Shown piece by piece: positions 27,701 through 49,694 of a stretch of DNA of 64,000 bases (the stretch's first letter is position 1; every line of letters starts with the position of its first letter). The DNA comes from Trichoplax sp. H2 (lineage: Eukaryota), in contig NOWV01000032.1 of the NCBI GenBank assembly GCA_003344405.1, positions 1-64,000 on the forward strand, given 5' to 3'. The notes under the pieces were generated by a model. That model was given only the letters and a program-made list of their open reading frames with translations, had not been told where the DNA came from and ran no database searches. The translations under genes were made by a program, and so were the position numbers.

Positions 27701-30281
27701 AATATAGAACAAAAATTTAGAGCAGAAGATGTTCTCTAATTATTGCTACGTATTGTTTTATGGGCACTACAGTGTGGAATATATTTACCGGTCGATGTAG
27801 GCGGACTTTCAAGCATAGGCATGTCATATCTGATGTCAAGGTAAGCTAATAGTACTTGCAAATGATGCAAGTAAATTAAAAGATCGTTATACTTGTACAC
27901 TTAACTCATCGTTAGCTTAGTTGTCGCCTGCTGCATATATGGATTTTGTAGTTTTGTAGTGAGATGATAGATCTATAATTATAATCCAGATTGAATTAAT
28001 TTATTGATATATCTATAGATATTCGATGACACTGTTGCAAGTTGCTGCGAAGGTGGTCGAGTGAAAGTGTGGGACGTAATCAAAGGAAAATTAATTAAGG
28101 TAGAATAATACATTATGTCTTTAATTTAAAACATCGGTTAATGTTCAGGTACTATCTAGCTAATAGCGTTTCAAAAGTAATTTAAAGTACAGTATTAACG
28201 AAAACTAATTAATATTTACCTCGCTTTGCTACTCTATAAAATCTAGTCGCTAAAAGGGCATGTCGGGCCAGTCAATTGTATCAAATTAGACAAATATCAC
28301 CTTGTTAGCGGTGGATCTGATGGTTATGCTTTCTTATGGAGTGCTATTGGAAATTATAAAGGTTGTCTTGGTGCATTTCGGCATCCCAAGTGAGTGTATT
28401 GCAATGTTAAAACTACTAGAACCTTTAACATTTAAGTTAATGCTTACCATTTTAGTATCCTCCTTGTGTATAGTCTTCATACGCATTGGTTATTAGTCTA
28501 TCAATCTTATAAGCACTGTAAACAGCATGTCTATAGATAAATAATTAGTACTTAATTCGGAATAGTTATAAATACTAATTACGCTATACACACTAAGCTC
28601 CAGCGCTTTACATATTCATGATCGGTGTTAAAGTTTATTTACAGTCCTAGAACTTGATCCATTGCAGTGTTATCGATTTTACCACAGCATAATTACCGTA
28701 GTATGCTATAACATACCGGTACTGGCTTCCATTGTAATATTATGTTCGATAGTTACAATTTTATTAACTAAATGTTTTATTTTGCAAAATAGTGCCGTCA
28801 CATCGGTTGATTTTCATTACTGCCGAATTATTACCGGCTCTGAAGACGGCAAAGTAAGCACTACGTGAAGTCTTTATAGCGTACTTTAGATCTTAACTGA
28901 AATATTAGAATTACTGAAGCAATAATAAGACTTAGTTAGCTTGATTATTCTTAATCTGATATCCTTTACTCCTTAGATACGTATTTGGAGTATTATTAAT
29001 GGAGATTGTTTGCGCGTTATGCGAGGCAATAGCAGATCTGATCCTATATTTAATCTATTTGCCCAAGATAATAGGTAATAATCAGTGTGAATAAAAATTG
29101 AAATATCGTTCTTTTTTAATGCATATATTGGTTGTAACCATAATATAATCATGCAAAGTTTGGTTAATAACGATTGTAATGGTCATGAATCATAAATCTA
29201 TAGCTGAATAAGACTCTCAATATACGCGTATATCATTTACAACTGACAGCATCGTCTAATACGTTATACTGTTTATCTTCATAGATTAATTACCAGTACT
29301 ATAAGAAACGTCTTTAATTATACTTTTGAACCTGTGGATTGGGATTACAATGCTACAACAGCCAAGTTTAAGGTTGAAATACTTACTGTGCAGCATGACA
29401 ATAAACCGGTTGAACGATTAGCACCTTCATATATCCGTGTATTAAGAAATCGAACGTTTTCAACAAATAATGATCGCGTCCATCATGATACCGTCACACC
29501 GGGCAAATATGGCTTGCACGGTAGACCATTAACAGCAAATACACTAAATCCAAAGAGTAGACCTAATAGTAGTTGCAGTAGTGGTATATCCTTTTCATCG
29601 CGACGTGTGATACAAGATAAAGATACTACCAATCTTAAAAGACCATCGACTGCAAACGTTAGTTCTCAAGTTTATGGTACTAAAGATCGTACCTTACGAC
29701 CAAGGTCCTCACCGGCTAAATTATATCGCAAGCGACAAGATCAACAAGATGATGACGACAATATGACCTTAAATACTTGCCTATCTGCTAGGTCAGTAAG
29801 AGCTACTTCAGAGACTCAAGTTGAGACCGTAAAAACTTTCCAAAAGACAACATCCAAGCTAAGGCCATCCACAGCACCAGTTATCCGATTTGCTGATAAT
29901 ATCATCTCTGATATGTATGTTGAGCCGCGTATCATTGGCCGTGTTAAAAGTGCGAATGCTGCATTAGATCGCCCACAGTCTTCCAATATCAATCAAATGA
30001 CCAAAATGGTTTTTAAAGTGGGACAACCATATAGCAAAGATAGCAATAGCGATAACGATAATAATGATAGCCGCCAAATTAAGAAACATCGACCTAAAAG
30101 TGCCCATATTTTGCATTCGTCTGCATCTGTTCAGTCCATTAATATTGATAAGATTAATTCCAATAATTATTTAAATTTAAAAACTTTTGAAGAAGAGTTA
30201 GCCTATACTAAAAATTTAAAGAAATTCAACCTGGCTATTAGCAAATCGAAGAAAAAGAATCAGTATATGTCATTGGACTAA
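24736..30281 (+). CDS. FBXW10: F-box/WD40 protein FBXW10/CDRT1-like, about 12 coding exons
   Basis: N-terminus NAPQLRC...CGECEAC...TKEWF...SQRRF...GKDYTYTRSR resembles FBXW10/CDRT1. F-box (MIKRLPVHISKNILGMLD...CVSRHW) and WD40 repeats (GHAGSIRAL...SGSYDTTIR; GHVGPVNCI...SGGSDG; TGSEDGKIRIW); low-complexity RPxTA/RPxSA tail. Confidence 0.85.
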
Positions 30282-31309
30282 AGCAACGTATCAGGTATAT
30301 AGAGAAGATATAATTATAGTATGCTCGGAAAAGACAGTAACTTTCCTTAAGATGAATTATGAATCTATTATTACCTATTAAATTATGAATATATAAATCG
30401 ACAAAAGTTTTGTTATTCGATGACGATTTAGTCGAAATTTCGAATTAATGTTTTTTTTACATTATAACGTAAATAATTTATGGAATACATGAATATTTAG
30501 CTATGAGGTAATCGCTTATTAAATATTAACTTCAAAATACAATGTTTTTTTAGATTTAACTTGTGTTTTTTATTTGAAAAATTTCACTGTAATATTTAAA
30601 GCGAAGCGTACCACGCTAAAGTAATCGGCATTTGAAATCGATGAAATTTTAGGGATGAATACATCTTGTGCATTTTATATTTTGTCAAAGACAAACTTAA
30701 ACCCAAGTGATCCAGGACAACGTCCTAAAAAATATTTAAATAAAAGTTGTACTAAAATCGTTATTCATGGATATAGGAGCTCATTTGCACAGCCAAAAAG
30801 AAATGATGTTGTAGGGGACACTTAGTATATAGACTTTACAAAAGAGGGAGTTAGATCGCATTTTCTACTTAATATTAATAATTTTAGTTTATCACTATTA
30901 TATACAATCTGGTATTATGGCATCAACAACTGTAATACAGCAGGGGTTTTACGAATGTGAAGCTGCATATAGATGTAATATAAAATATTAAATTTAGTGC
31001 GACACATATGTTTACTTTACATGTCCATTAAAATTAGCAAAAATTAAGATATAGCGAATGATATGACTCATTTAGAAACTTAAGAATGAAACGATAATAT
31101 ACAGGGTATAGAGTACTTGAAAGCTACAATTACTAATTTTTATGGAATAACTCATTAATCGAAGAATGACATATTTAAGAGTATGATAGTTTTATTGCAT
31201 GTAAAACACGAACGTACATATACATATTCACGTATTAAAAACATTTTCACAAGTAATAAAATGATCAGCTTACAAATATTGGAAGCCACTCTACCATTAT
31301 GTATCCCCT

Positions 31310-31750
31310 TGTCACAAACTTGCGAACTACTACCCTAAACTAATAGATTACTTATTCTTATTCCGCTACACCCGGAGGTCTACTGTGTGGTAATCTTATA
31401 CTACTTACCGTCACACAGGAATAAGACTGTTCTAAGAGATTAGTATAGTTTTTTACTAATAGAGTAGTCGAAACGCTATCTAATCACGAACTGTAGAGCT
31501 GAGCATTCGTTCCTCCTTTTATACCCTACCACAAAACTTGTGGTTCACGCATAGTAATTTAGCAATATAACATTTACATGAACCGTGGTTCGTAAAGGGA
31601 AACAACCCTCAATAAACTATATAGTTTACTATAGATGCAATTAGTAAACAACTTTAATTGGCAATAACTAATAAATAGCCAATTAAACGAACGAGGCTCA
31701 GCACGCTACTCGCACATTACTCGCAATTCGCGGCGGGTGCTAAGGTGACG
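31310..31750 (-). mobile_element. Candidate solo LTR (about 441 bp)
   Basis: Bounded by TGTCAC...GTGACG (one mismatch from TGTCAC...GTGACA); minus-strand TATAAAAGG at 31515-31523; appears GC-richer than flanks. Putative target-site duplication is imperfect (CCCCT/CCAAT). Confidence 0.35.
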
Positions 31751-32181
31751 CCAATATTAGTATCTATAAAGATTATACCAATTAATTTCACAACACGCTT
31801 ACATCCTGGTTGTCTAGCAAAACCATACACGATTAATATTCATAATTACTGTTTACTGTATTGTTATTAGCTATATGGCGAAATCTGCTTAATTAACATG
31901 CACGGTGGTTTGCTCCGTAACACCGCTGCAAATATTTGTATATAATAACAAAATACAAGAAACCATTCTCAGTTTGGCATAAGGTTAAAAAACTTCTTTA
32001 ACGATAAGCCTTATATTTGCTAAAATCGAAAACGGATGACCGTTATCAAGTGCTACTATGCACGATGTCTTTCATAAATGGCAGATACATTAAATTTTAG
32101 TTTCCTCTACCTCCTTCAGATGATAACGACTAAGATACTAATTTCAGCTGATTAGTAATTAATCATTACATCCCTAAGCAG

Positions 32182-41007
<8,826 letters not shown>

Positions 41008-41249
41008 CTTTAGAAAATTGCAATGGAGATAAGTCGGTCTAATGAATACTATGGGCTGGCCAAGTGTGAACAGTACCGCCTTTTAAAGATAGCTACCTAG
41101 TCATCCGTGGACGTTGGGCGGTGGACACAGGACCTGGCAGTCTACCATGCTTTACTATAGCCTTTCAACCTCTATCCTACACAATACAATCAGTATGGAA
41201 ATAGAGGCCCGGGATTTTCAAATGTGTTTTCTACCGTTCAGAGCTTTAC

Positions 41250-41410
41250 GCTGTGTACTGTGGGTTACAGTACTATGCATCGTACACTGTACCGTAATGC
41301 ACTGTGCGTACCGCAGGTACACTGGTACAGTACTGTACGGTCGTGTGTCAACCACAGTACAGTACAGTACTGTATACTGTACCATTTGTACAGTACAACG
41401 TACTGTAGAA
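41250..41410. repeat. TACAGT/ACTGTA cluster upstream of TBCD
   Basis: Repeated CAGTAC/TACTGTA words; further small clusters at about 41608-41625 and 41853-41901. Confidence 0.8.
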
Positions 41411-41807
41411 AAACGCCAGAATTTATATAAGTATTTTTGACTTGAAGTGCTAATATGAGTAGCTTTAACACATTTAATGTAAATTTGAATTACATATTCA
41501 CATACAGCATCTTATTTCCAATCAAACAATACCAAATTTGTCTAATAGGGACTTCAAACTATAATTTCATACGTGCGTACGTGCGTACCATAGCTACTCG
41601 AGACCCTAGTACTGTACAGTACTATATACAACGTATTGTAGAAAAATGCCAGAATTTATACAGTATAGTATTTTGACTCGAAATGCTAATAGCAGTAGCT
41701 GTAACACATTTAATGTAACTTTAAATTACATATTCACATAAAACGTCTTATTTCTAATCAAATAATACCAAATTTGTCTAACAAGGACTTAAAACTATAA
41801 TTTCATA
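41394..41807 (+). repeat. Direct duplication of about 180 bp (41394-41571 and 41627-41807)
   Basis: Both copies read TACAACGTAyTGTAGAAAAAyGCCAGAATTTATA...TAACACATTTAATGTAA...ATACCAAATTTGTCTAA...AAACTATAATTTCATA, with scattered substitutions. Confidence 0.9.
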
Positions 41808-42135
41808 TAGTTTCAATCGTCGGGAAAGACTTATCAGATACCCTCATTATCGTACAGTACTAAATACTCTACATTTCTGTCGGTACAGTACAGTACTGTA
41901 CTATTTGAAACCGCTACAGGAGATGACATAATCCATCAACAACGTCAACACTGCTAAACTGGGCTGTCAGCTTCTGTCCGACTTTGAAATCATTTGATAA
42001 TAATAAATAAAAAACTTTTGCGGCTTCTTAACTCTCGCACTGGTGAAACTGTAAACAACTTCTTGGATTCGTGTACAAGCAGAGAAGCAAGCTATCACTT
42101 TGATTAGCAGGTAGTGCTGAATTATTTGTTCGGTG

Positions 42136-45100
42136 ATGCCGGATATGGATCTTGCAGGTAAGGAGGGTTTAGCATCAGATGATTTACTCTGCGTTGTAGG
42201 TATTTACTACCTGCCACGTCGACAAAACGTGAAAGAGTTGGATCACATTAATTGATTGGCTCTTGCTTCATAATAAAACTATGGTACAATAATGTATAGG
42301 AAGAATAAGGATTAAAATTTTGTACCATGAATGAGTCGTTCTAGCTCTTGCTGTTACATTCTGTAAGTTAAAATATATATGTCATGATTTAGCCCTCCGG
42401 ACACCTGGCATGAGTAGAAAAAACTTTGACATCGGTGATATAGCTGAAGAAGATGCCAATTACCCTACCCAATTTCATTATTTACTGTACATGCATTAAA
42501 ATAATTATTCTAAACAATGTAAACGATAAAATCGATCGAGTTCAGTCAATAATGACAGCAATCATCACAACAACCGTAAATATCAGAAGAACGGTGAAGA
42601 ACGAGATTGCTCGGCTTATTATCTCAAAAATTCATAAATTCTCTTGTTTATGTGTGATTATATGAAATAATGACTAATTCATGCTGTATTCCTCCACGGA
42701 CTTATGGTAAATTTAAACAAATTAAGCAGTAAACCTACTGTACCTCCACTTAGTAAAAGTCAATAACAACGATTGATTAATTATCCGCTCGCTTGCTGCT
42801 AGACTTTAATAGTTTAAAGTTTAAACCATACGTGTAAATACCAGGCATTTCTACAGTAACGTAATCAACGCATTCGGCTACACATGATTAATCTGAAGTA
42901 TAGGACTGATAAATCACTGCTGCTCTTGCTCGATATGCATACTTCGAAAATTTTAGAAATCTCCAGGTTCCTTTTTCTGCAGAATTCTCATCTAAATATG
43001 GCCACCGCAGTCTGTGTACAATTCGAATTAATACGATACCATTGAACATATGTTTCAGATCAATGGCTACCAATTCTATACCACACTTTTCCTAGCAGAG
43101 ATATCGATATACAGGTAATCAATCATATTAAGGACTAAAAAATTGAGTATTACAGCCGAGTACTTTATACCGATATTTCTATCGTATATAATTTTATTAG
43201 ATTTCTTCCTATTTCCCCCAAAAGCTACCAGATAGCGATACCTATTTTGCCATCGATCGCTTAGTTTACTGTTAATCCTAGTAATAATTAATAAAATAAA
43301 ATTTTTACTGGATTAGGATTTATCAAGCGAACATATCGCAAGGATATTTTTTCTTCTGGAAAATGGTGAAGTAAATGAAGTTGCGAAGAGTAAGATAGAG
43401 TTAATTTACTACTGTGAATTTTCCTAATTAAACTAAAGATTGAAAACTAAAGCCTGTAGTTATAACGTAATGGACCAGAGTTGCAAAGGTGATAAAATGA
43501 ATGAAGGTTTGATTATGCGACCGTTAATCTTTTGCAGAAGAAGCACTTAGCTTTTGCTTTTACCAGCTTCGAAATGATGCCCAATCCAAGAGGTTAATAT
43601 GTTACCAAAAATAGTTATGCAAGAATTCCAAGTATCAGTTAAAAATCGACGCTGATTAATTATAGAGAGCAAATAGCAACAAATAAGTGCTACTAAATGT
43701 TATATTTTTTCAGACTAAAAGTAACAATTTTTGATTTACTGTAACAAATAATTTAGATTCAAACATGCAGTCCTTATTGGCTCGCTACCAAAATTTATGT
43801 TAGAAAGTAAATTGCAATACGTAAGTAATGAATGAAGAACTAATCGATTATCGTAACACTGCAATGGTCATTTCCATTGTAAAATATTGTTATTGGTATT
43901 AAATATAGATACTAAGAAATCTACTTGAAGCTATCTTATTTGATTCGTGTGGGGAAGCTTACGATAGCAAATTACGCAAATCAGCTATAAAAGCTATTGA
44001 AAAGTAAACTATCTACTGCAGTTCCTACTTTGTAACGATAAGGATAATAAATTTATTTGTTTAATTTGAAAGAATATTTTCATTGATGTGAAGCTCAATT
44101 TAGAATTTACGTACATATTCAGATAGATAATATGTTTAGCAATTAGTTGATAAACAAACCTTACATTTTACATAGAATTGTCCGAAAATGCCCAGTTGAT
44201 GGTGATTGTGATGGGATAACTGCTATAAATAATGATATAGTTCGCTTTCTCTTTGATGGATTAATGAAAGCCATGACTGACTACAGTTCTAATTCGCGCG
44301 GCGATGTTGGATATATGTATGATAACTAATGTAGCAACGTTAATGTTCTTGTGCAACTTATACTCCTTCACACGAGACTGCAAAAGTCGATTATTTATTT
44401 ATCTATTTGTTGATAACTATGTACACGTCATAACTTATTTACTTTTAATGTAGTGTTCGAGAAGCTGCCATGTCTGGCATTGAATTTCTCTTAACTCACA
44501 TATCTAGGCAAGATCCATCACTTATTAAAAGAGATGAGTAAGTATTATCGGAGAGTATTCCACAGTATTCGCTTTATTAAGTATAGGACTGGTGTAATCG
44601 TTTCATAATGCATATCATTGTGCCACCTATTTCAGTTGGAAGCTATTTATTGGCAGTTTATTACAGCAAACAGCGGAAAAAATGGATAGGACGCGGGCGC
44701 ATGCTGGTGCTATTTTCATAAGATTAATTCACTCTGAAGTGTAAGTCCTAACAGCTGAAATCTTCTAAACCGAGATGATATAAATTTTCGTTTTATTAAA
44801 CTTTCAATTTCAATTGTAGGTCTGATACAAAAAAAATTCCTGGGTTGAAAGTTTTTCAAAAACTGTTTCCAAAGTACTAATATAGACTATTTAAATAAAC
44901 TATCGGTTACTGTTAAAATCTATTGCGCTAATATACGGTAATATTCTATCTACCAGAAACTTTCCGGACTTTTTTCGAAGAGGAAGATCAGCTGATATAT
45001 TCTCACGTTTGATAAAAATATTGCCTATGAAAGAATATACATATCCTGTATTATCTGGAATTGTTGTTAGCAGTGGTGGTTATGTATCTGAATCAATGGT

Positions 45101-46500
45101 GTGTTTTACAGACGTTGCTTATTTCAAATATATGTTAGAGCCTTGTATTAGATAAATCAACTGTTAAGTTAATAAATATTAGTTAACTAACAGGCACAAA
45201 TATAACACTGCTCTTTTCAATTATTACAATCTTGTAGTGCAACCACGCCCGACGTTCTCTTCTCAATTATTTAAGAGAATCTGCTAGCGAGTATGTAAAT
45301 CCCGATTTTATTGCGAATCATTTTCATCATATTGCTATTGTCCGTTTTTAAACACCATTAAATAAATCTAATTTTTTTCTTGCTAATAACTTGTTCATTA
45401 AATAGGAATATAGAACAGTTTGAAGATTTTTTGAACACACTAACAACTATTTATAAGAATAATGGTCGAACGGATAGGTTCTTTCATTTACTTACATCTA
45501 TAGTTCTTTCTATTGCTACATGTACATATTTCATACTAATTGAATTGTTGAACAGCTCACACACGTAAAATTTCATTAATAATTTAACGTTAAGTTAATT
45601 TTATGATTACAGGATTGTGTTTCCATTATTATGTATGACGGATTTTCTACTCTTGAATGACTCATTTTCATTAATTATGGATAACGATTGGTACACACTT
45701 TCGATCTTCTTTTTCGAATTTTAATGTATACAGCAACCTGTGCCAAGTTCTAATAATTCATACTTGATCATGTAACGCAAAATTTTATCATATAGTCATC
45801 CTTTTCTTTTGGGGGTCATGGATATGTTGGAAGTAGAAAGCGTGACTTCAACTGACGTTATAAAGACTGAAGTTATTATTAGCGCGTAATTACTTTCTAT
45901 AATTTGTCGATGATGAGGACAATATCGGTTACATTGTTTTCTTGTTTGTGTGCCAGTACTTGCGCCATGATGGAATTTCCGGATAAAATCAGAAAGCGAT
46001 CAATTCCACTGATTATAAAATATTTGATGAATAAATATCCAAAGGTAATTGAAATGGTTTATATAATTGATGTAGTTTTATGAGGTAAAATAGTAATATA
46101 TGTATACGAATATGTATATGACTAGGTTCGATGTTACGCGGCTGATCAACTATATATAGCACTGATGACCTTTGAAAAGTCATTACAAAATTATCAGATC
46201 GATCGGTTAATGGAATTGCTTGCTGACACTGTCTGGTATGCTATCGTATTGCCTATTGGATAGACGTTTATGTTACACGTAGTAGCTATTAATTTTTTAT
46301 CATTTGCATGTAGGGAAGATTCGTTATCAACTTTGCGTACGGTCATAGAGCAAATTTGCCATGGATTTAACCTAAGTGCTAATCACTTACTAGTAAGATA
46401 TTATTTTTAAATGCTATGATTTAACACATTTTCAACGAAATGTACAGTAAAACCATTAGGCTGATTTTTTAATTCTTTACTACAGCTATTAGAAGAATAA
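42136..46500 (+). CDS. Divergent TBCD-like paralogue encoding only the C-terminal portion
   Basis: Spliced exons give LMKAMTDYSSNSRGDVGYIVREAAMSGIEFLL, LLQQTAEKMDRTRAHAGAIFIRLIH, YTYPVLSGIVVSSGGYVSESMV, KYPKVRCYAADQLYIALMTFE...LADTVWEDS, colinear with the neighbouring TBCD. The start (ATG 42136) and stop (46500, or 46409 if unspliced) are tentative. Confidence 0.8.
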
Positions 46501-48317
46501 ACAACTGTTACCTAGTATTGGTTGGAAAGGTTGATATCAAGAGATAATTTCTAGAAAAAAAATATAAAATTCACTAAATAAGTCATAAAACGAGAAAATA
46601 CAGTAGATACTGAATACTACTATGTAAAAATGTTAAAATTCTTGCTGTAGAGCTTTTAATCTTCGTAAGGATGAATAGTTTATATCATTAGATAATTATG
46701 TAAGTAGCAGTAGTTCCAGCTACTATACTCTGTACTGAATTCTATCATTTACCGTACTTGTAGTTAAGTTAAGATGCAAACCGTGGATTATTTTTTTTAT
46801 GCATCAGGGGTGGATGCTAAACAAACAGCTACACTTCATTGTTTTATTCATCTTAGGAATGCATTTCTGTATAGCGTATTTAACTTGAATTTAGTGACAT
46901 CGCGCTGGTAGGTATTAACCGGCTTAAATATACTATCTAATTCTACATTAAAATATCAAAAAATAAAATCTGCATTATACTTGATCAAAGGAAGAAGTTT
47001 AGTTATTTGCCATTGAGCTGAGCAATCTGAAAGAAAGCGAATCCTGCTCTAAATAACGTGTTCTGATTATTAACTTTGGTGTTATAATTACAGTAATTCC
47101 ATTTTTCTTTTTTAAGTATAGTACATCTTATTTCTCGATGTAGGAATATGGCTAGTAAGTATAACAAAAACTTGTTTTGATTACCTTTTGGCCTAAAATC
47201 TAGGAACGTTTGTGAGATATGGTGTCTAACAAAAGCAATTTACAGTCTTATGTGTAATAATTACGGTATATCCTGCATTGTCTATTGAATTATCGAAATA
47301 CTGAAATTTATTAATACTAAAAACTAGCGCTGTAAATTTGATATCATTTTATGGATGATATTGATGTGTTAATGAATGATACCTCAGCTGGTTTTCATGG
47401 CAGGCGGCGCTATTAAATAAGCTTATATTCTCTGATTTTTTGTGATATAAAGACAAGTATCGACGCATACAAAACAATAATTAATTAGTTAATATTGTTA
47501 GTAAATATAATTAAGTTACAATCGACTGGCTGAAATTACATGAGCAGTTCAATATAATTTGTTAGTCATGCGTTTAAATCACTATACTGATACAGAAAAA
47601 TCAGGAATTTTAATGTCTTTTAACCATCCCTGACAGTCACTTGTTTTGTAATAAAAGAATTGAAAGGGGCCGTTCAGCCAATCGCCATGGTTCATCAATT
47701 GCGTGATGATAGAAATAAGAGTTTCGCAAATATATTAGGGCAAAATTTTCTTTTAACTCTCTCATTTAATACGGCGCCGATAGGGTACTGTAAGTTTAAG
47801 GTTACATTACAGTAAGCTATTTTTGTGAATGGCAATAATACCGAAGCACAGTAGTACTAAGTTACTGCAGTACGTGGAAGAGGTTGTAGATTAAATTTCA
47901 ATTTTAAAATTGTTAGTTTCATGTATTCTTTAGATATTCCATCATTCATTATAAATTATCAAACTGTCATCTTATTCTCATAAGGTATCGTGCGGTGCTT
48001 GTTGATTTTAGCCCGTTGCTAAATCGTTGGTTTTATTTAGTTTCCATACAGTGTAGCGTACTGTAATGAATGATTAATTGTGCGTCAGTGATTGATTGTA
48101 CAGTTTAGTAAAAACTACAAGTATGTACGGAAAGTATAGCAAGCGAGGGATCTATCACTAACAATAAAAGATCAGTTTAACCTGTAATTCTCTAGAGGAC
48201 TCATTTGAAGATTTCTCGCTTAATGCTTGGAATTTTTCAAATTGTCAAGATTATAGTGATAACGCCTTTGCTGCTACTTCATATCTGAGATGAATCACCA
48301 AGGGTTTGAAATCAGTC

Positions 48318-48682
48318 TATCCGAGTGCAGTAGTAAAAAACGCCGGTCATTTCATGGAGTATATTGCAATCACATTATTAGCTGATCGAAGGGTACATAA
48401 GATCTGCACTTTTTCGAATAACTAGGGCGAATCATATCGATATAATGAGAGCATAGGTTATCCGAGTGCAGTAGTAAAAAACACCGGTCATTTCATAGAG
48501 TACCCTAACCCTAACATTATTGAGTGATCGAATGAGAGCATAGGCTATCCGAGTGCAGTAGTAAAAAACACCAGTCATTCCATAGAATATATTGCAATCA
48601 CATTATTAAGTGATCAACGTGTGCATAAGATCTGCACTTTTTCCAGTAACTAGGGCGAATCATATCGATATAATGAGAGCAT
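48318..48682 (+). repeat. Three-copy tandem repeat (units about 141, 87, 137 bp)
   Basis: TATCCGAGTGCAGTAGTAAAAAA begins at 48318, 48459 and 48546; copies 1 and 3 align throughout and copy 2 is internally deleted. Confidence 0.9.
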
Positions 48683-48833
48683 TGGCATGCTGGGGGTTTC
48701 TTTTTCCACTTTTTGATTGTAAACAAACAAATGAATGAGTGAATGAATGAGTCTGTAATGTTGCAAAACATGTAAACTGTACTACTACGAAAGGAGAGGA
48801 GTTTTATTGGCTTCATCTCAGCAGTGGATTTGA

Positions 48834-48851
48834 TGACTCATTGATGAGTCA
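48834..48851. promoter_or_regulatory. Paired inverted AP-1 sites TGACTCA-ttga-TGAGTCA
   Basis: Two perfect TRE consensus heptamers 4 bp apart, about 1.2 kb upstream of the MAP2K4 ATG. Confidence 0.5.
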
Positions 48852-49686
48852 CTACCTTATTATCGAATGAAGACACTCCAAGATTGCTGGAAATATTATT
48901 CATCAACTTTAAATAAATTTGTTTTTATTATTAGTAATAATTATTTTTATCCGTGTTGGCTAACTGGTCCATTGCCATATACGGTCTTGGCACTACTCGA
49001 GCTACTCGAGCTACGATAAAGTAAATGATGTCATAACTAATCGATCAGTGAGCATTGCAAAAGTGCACGTTTGCCTGGACCATCATGCACAATAATAATA
49101 AAAAAAAAAGTCATGCTTTGACAATTGGATGCCATTCCATATCTCATAGTAATGAACACTATTCACTGAGTACTAATTTGTAGAGACTAGAGCTAGTAGA
49201 TGACTCGTAATAAACTAAACTTACTATTGAGGCATACAGCAAATAGAGGTTACGGTGTCAAAAGGGGAAAAAATGAAGTTAGCCACCTCAACTGTTGACC
49301 ACTGTTTACAATAGTGCATAAACAATAATATTACACGCAATATACACCTTTCGTGGTCCGTTTAGAAGTATCTACAGTACAATACCAATTGATTAAGACT
49401 TGTTAACACAGTCGTACTATTCTAGCTGCTGAAACTATTGCAATGGATGATCGACATTCATTATAATATCACGACTGGAAGAGAAAGCTGTCCGAGATAG
49501 AAAACTTTTTCCATCTTTATTAAGGGGACTCTAATAACCGTGCCTATCGCCTACTATTCTGTGTACTATGTACAGTAGGCGATACTAATCCATACAATTC
49601 ACTGCATTCTAGATTGCAGTTTTCTTTTTGCCTGAGGAGTGAAAGTAATCAATTTTGCTCTCTTTCCTTAGTCCGTCATTCAAGTA

Positions 49687-49694
49687 TGACGTCA
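49687..49694. promoter_or_regulatory. Palindromic CRE/ATF site TGACGTCA
   Basis: Perfect CRE just upstream of a TACAGT cluster (49712-49752), about 350 bp before the MAP2K4 ATG. Confidence 0.45.

Noticed and set aside
28955..28976. ATATCCTTT resembling a U12 AT-AC donor in the F-box gene
   Set aside because: It lies in the 3' end of a normal GT-AG intron whose flanking exons already join in frame.
41114..41676. ORFs in the TBCD upstream region
   Set aside because: Same low-complexity and duplication artefact; no homology or splice structure.
48318..48682. CRISPR-like appearance (23-bp constant word with intervening sequence)
   Set aside because: The intervening sequences are homologous to one another, there are no cas genes, and the context is eukaryotic; it is an ordinary tandem duplication.
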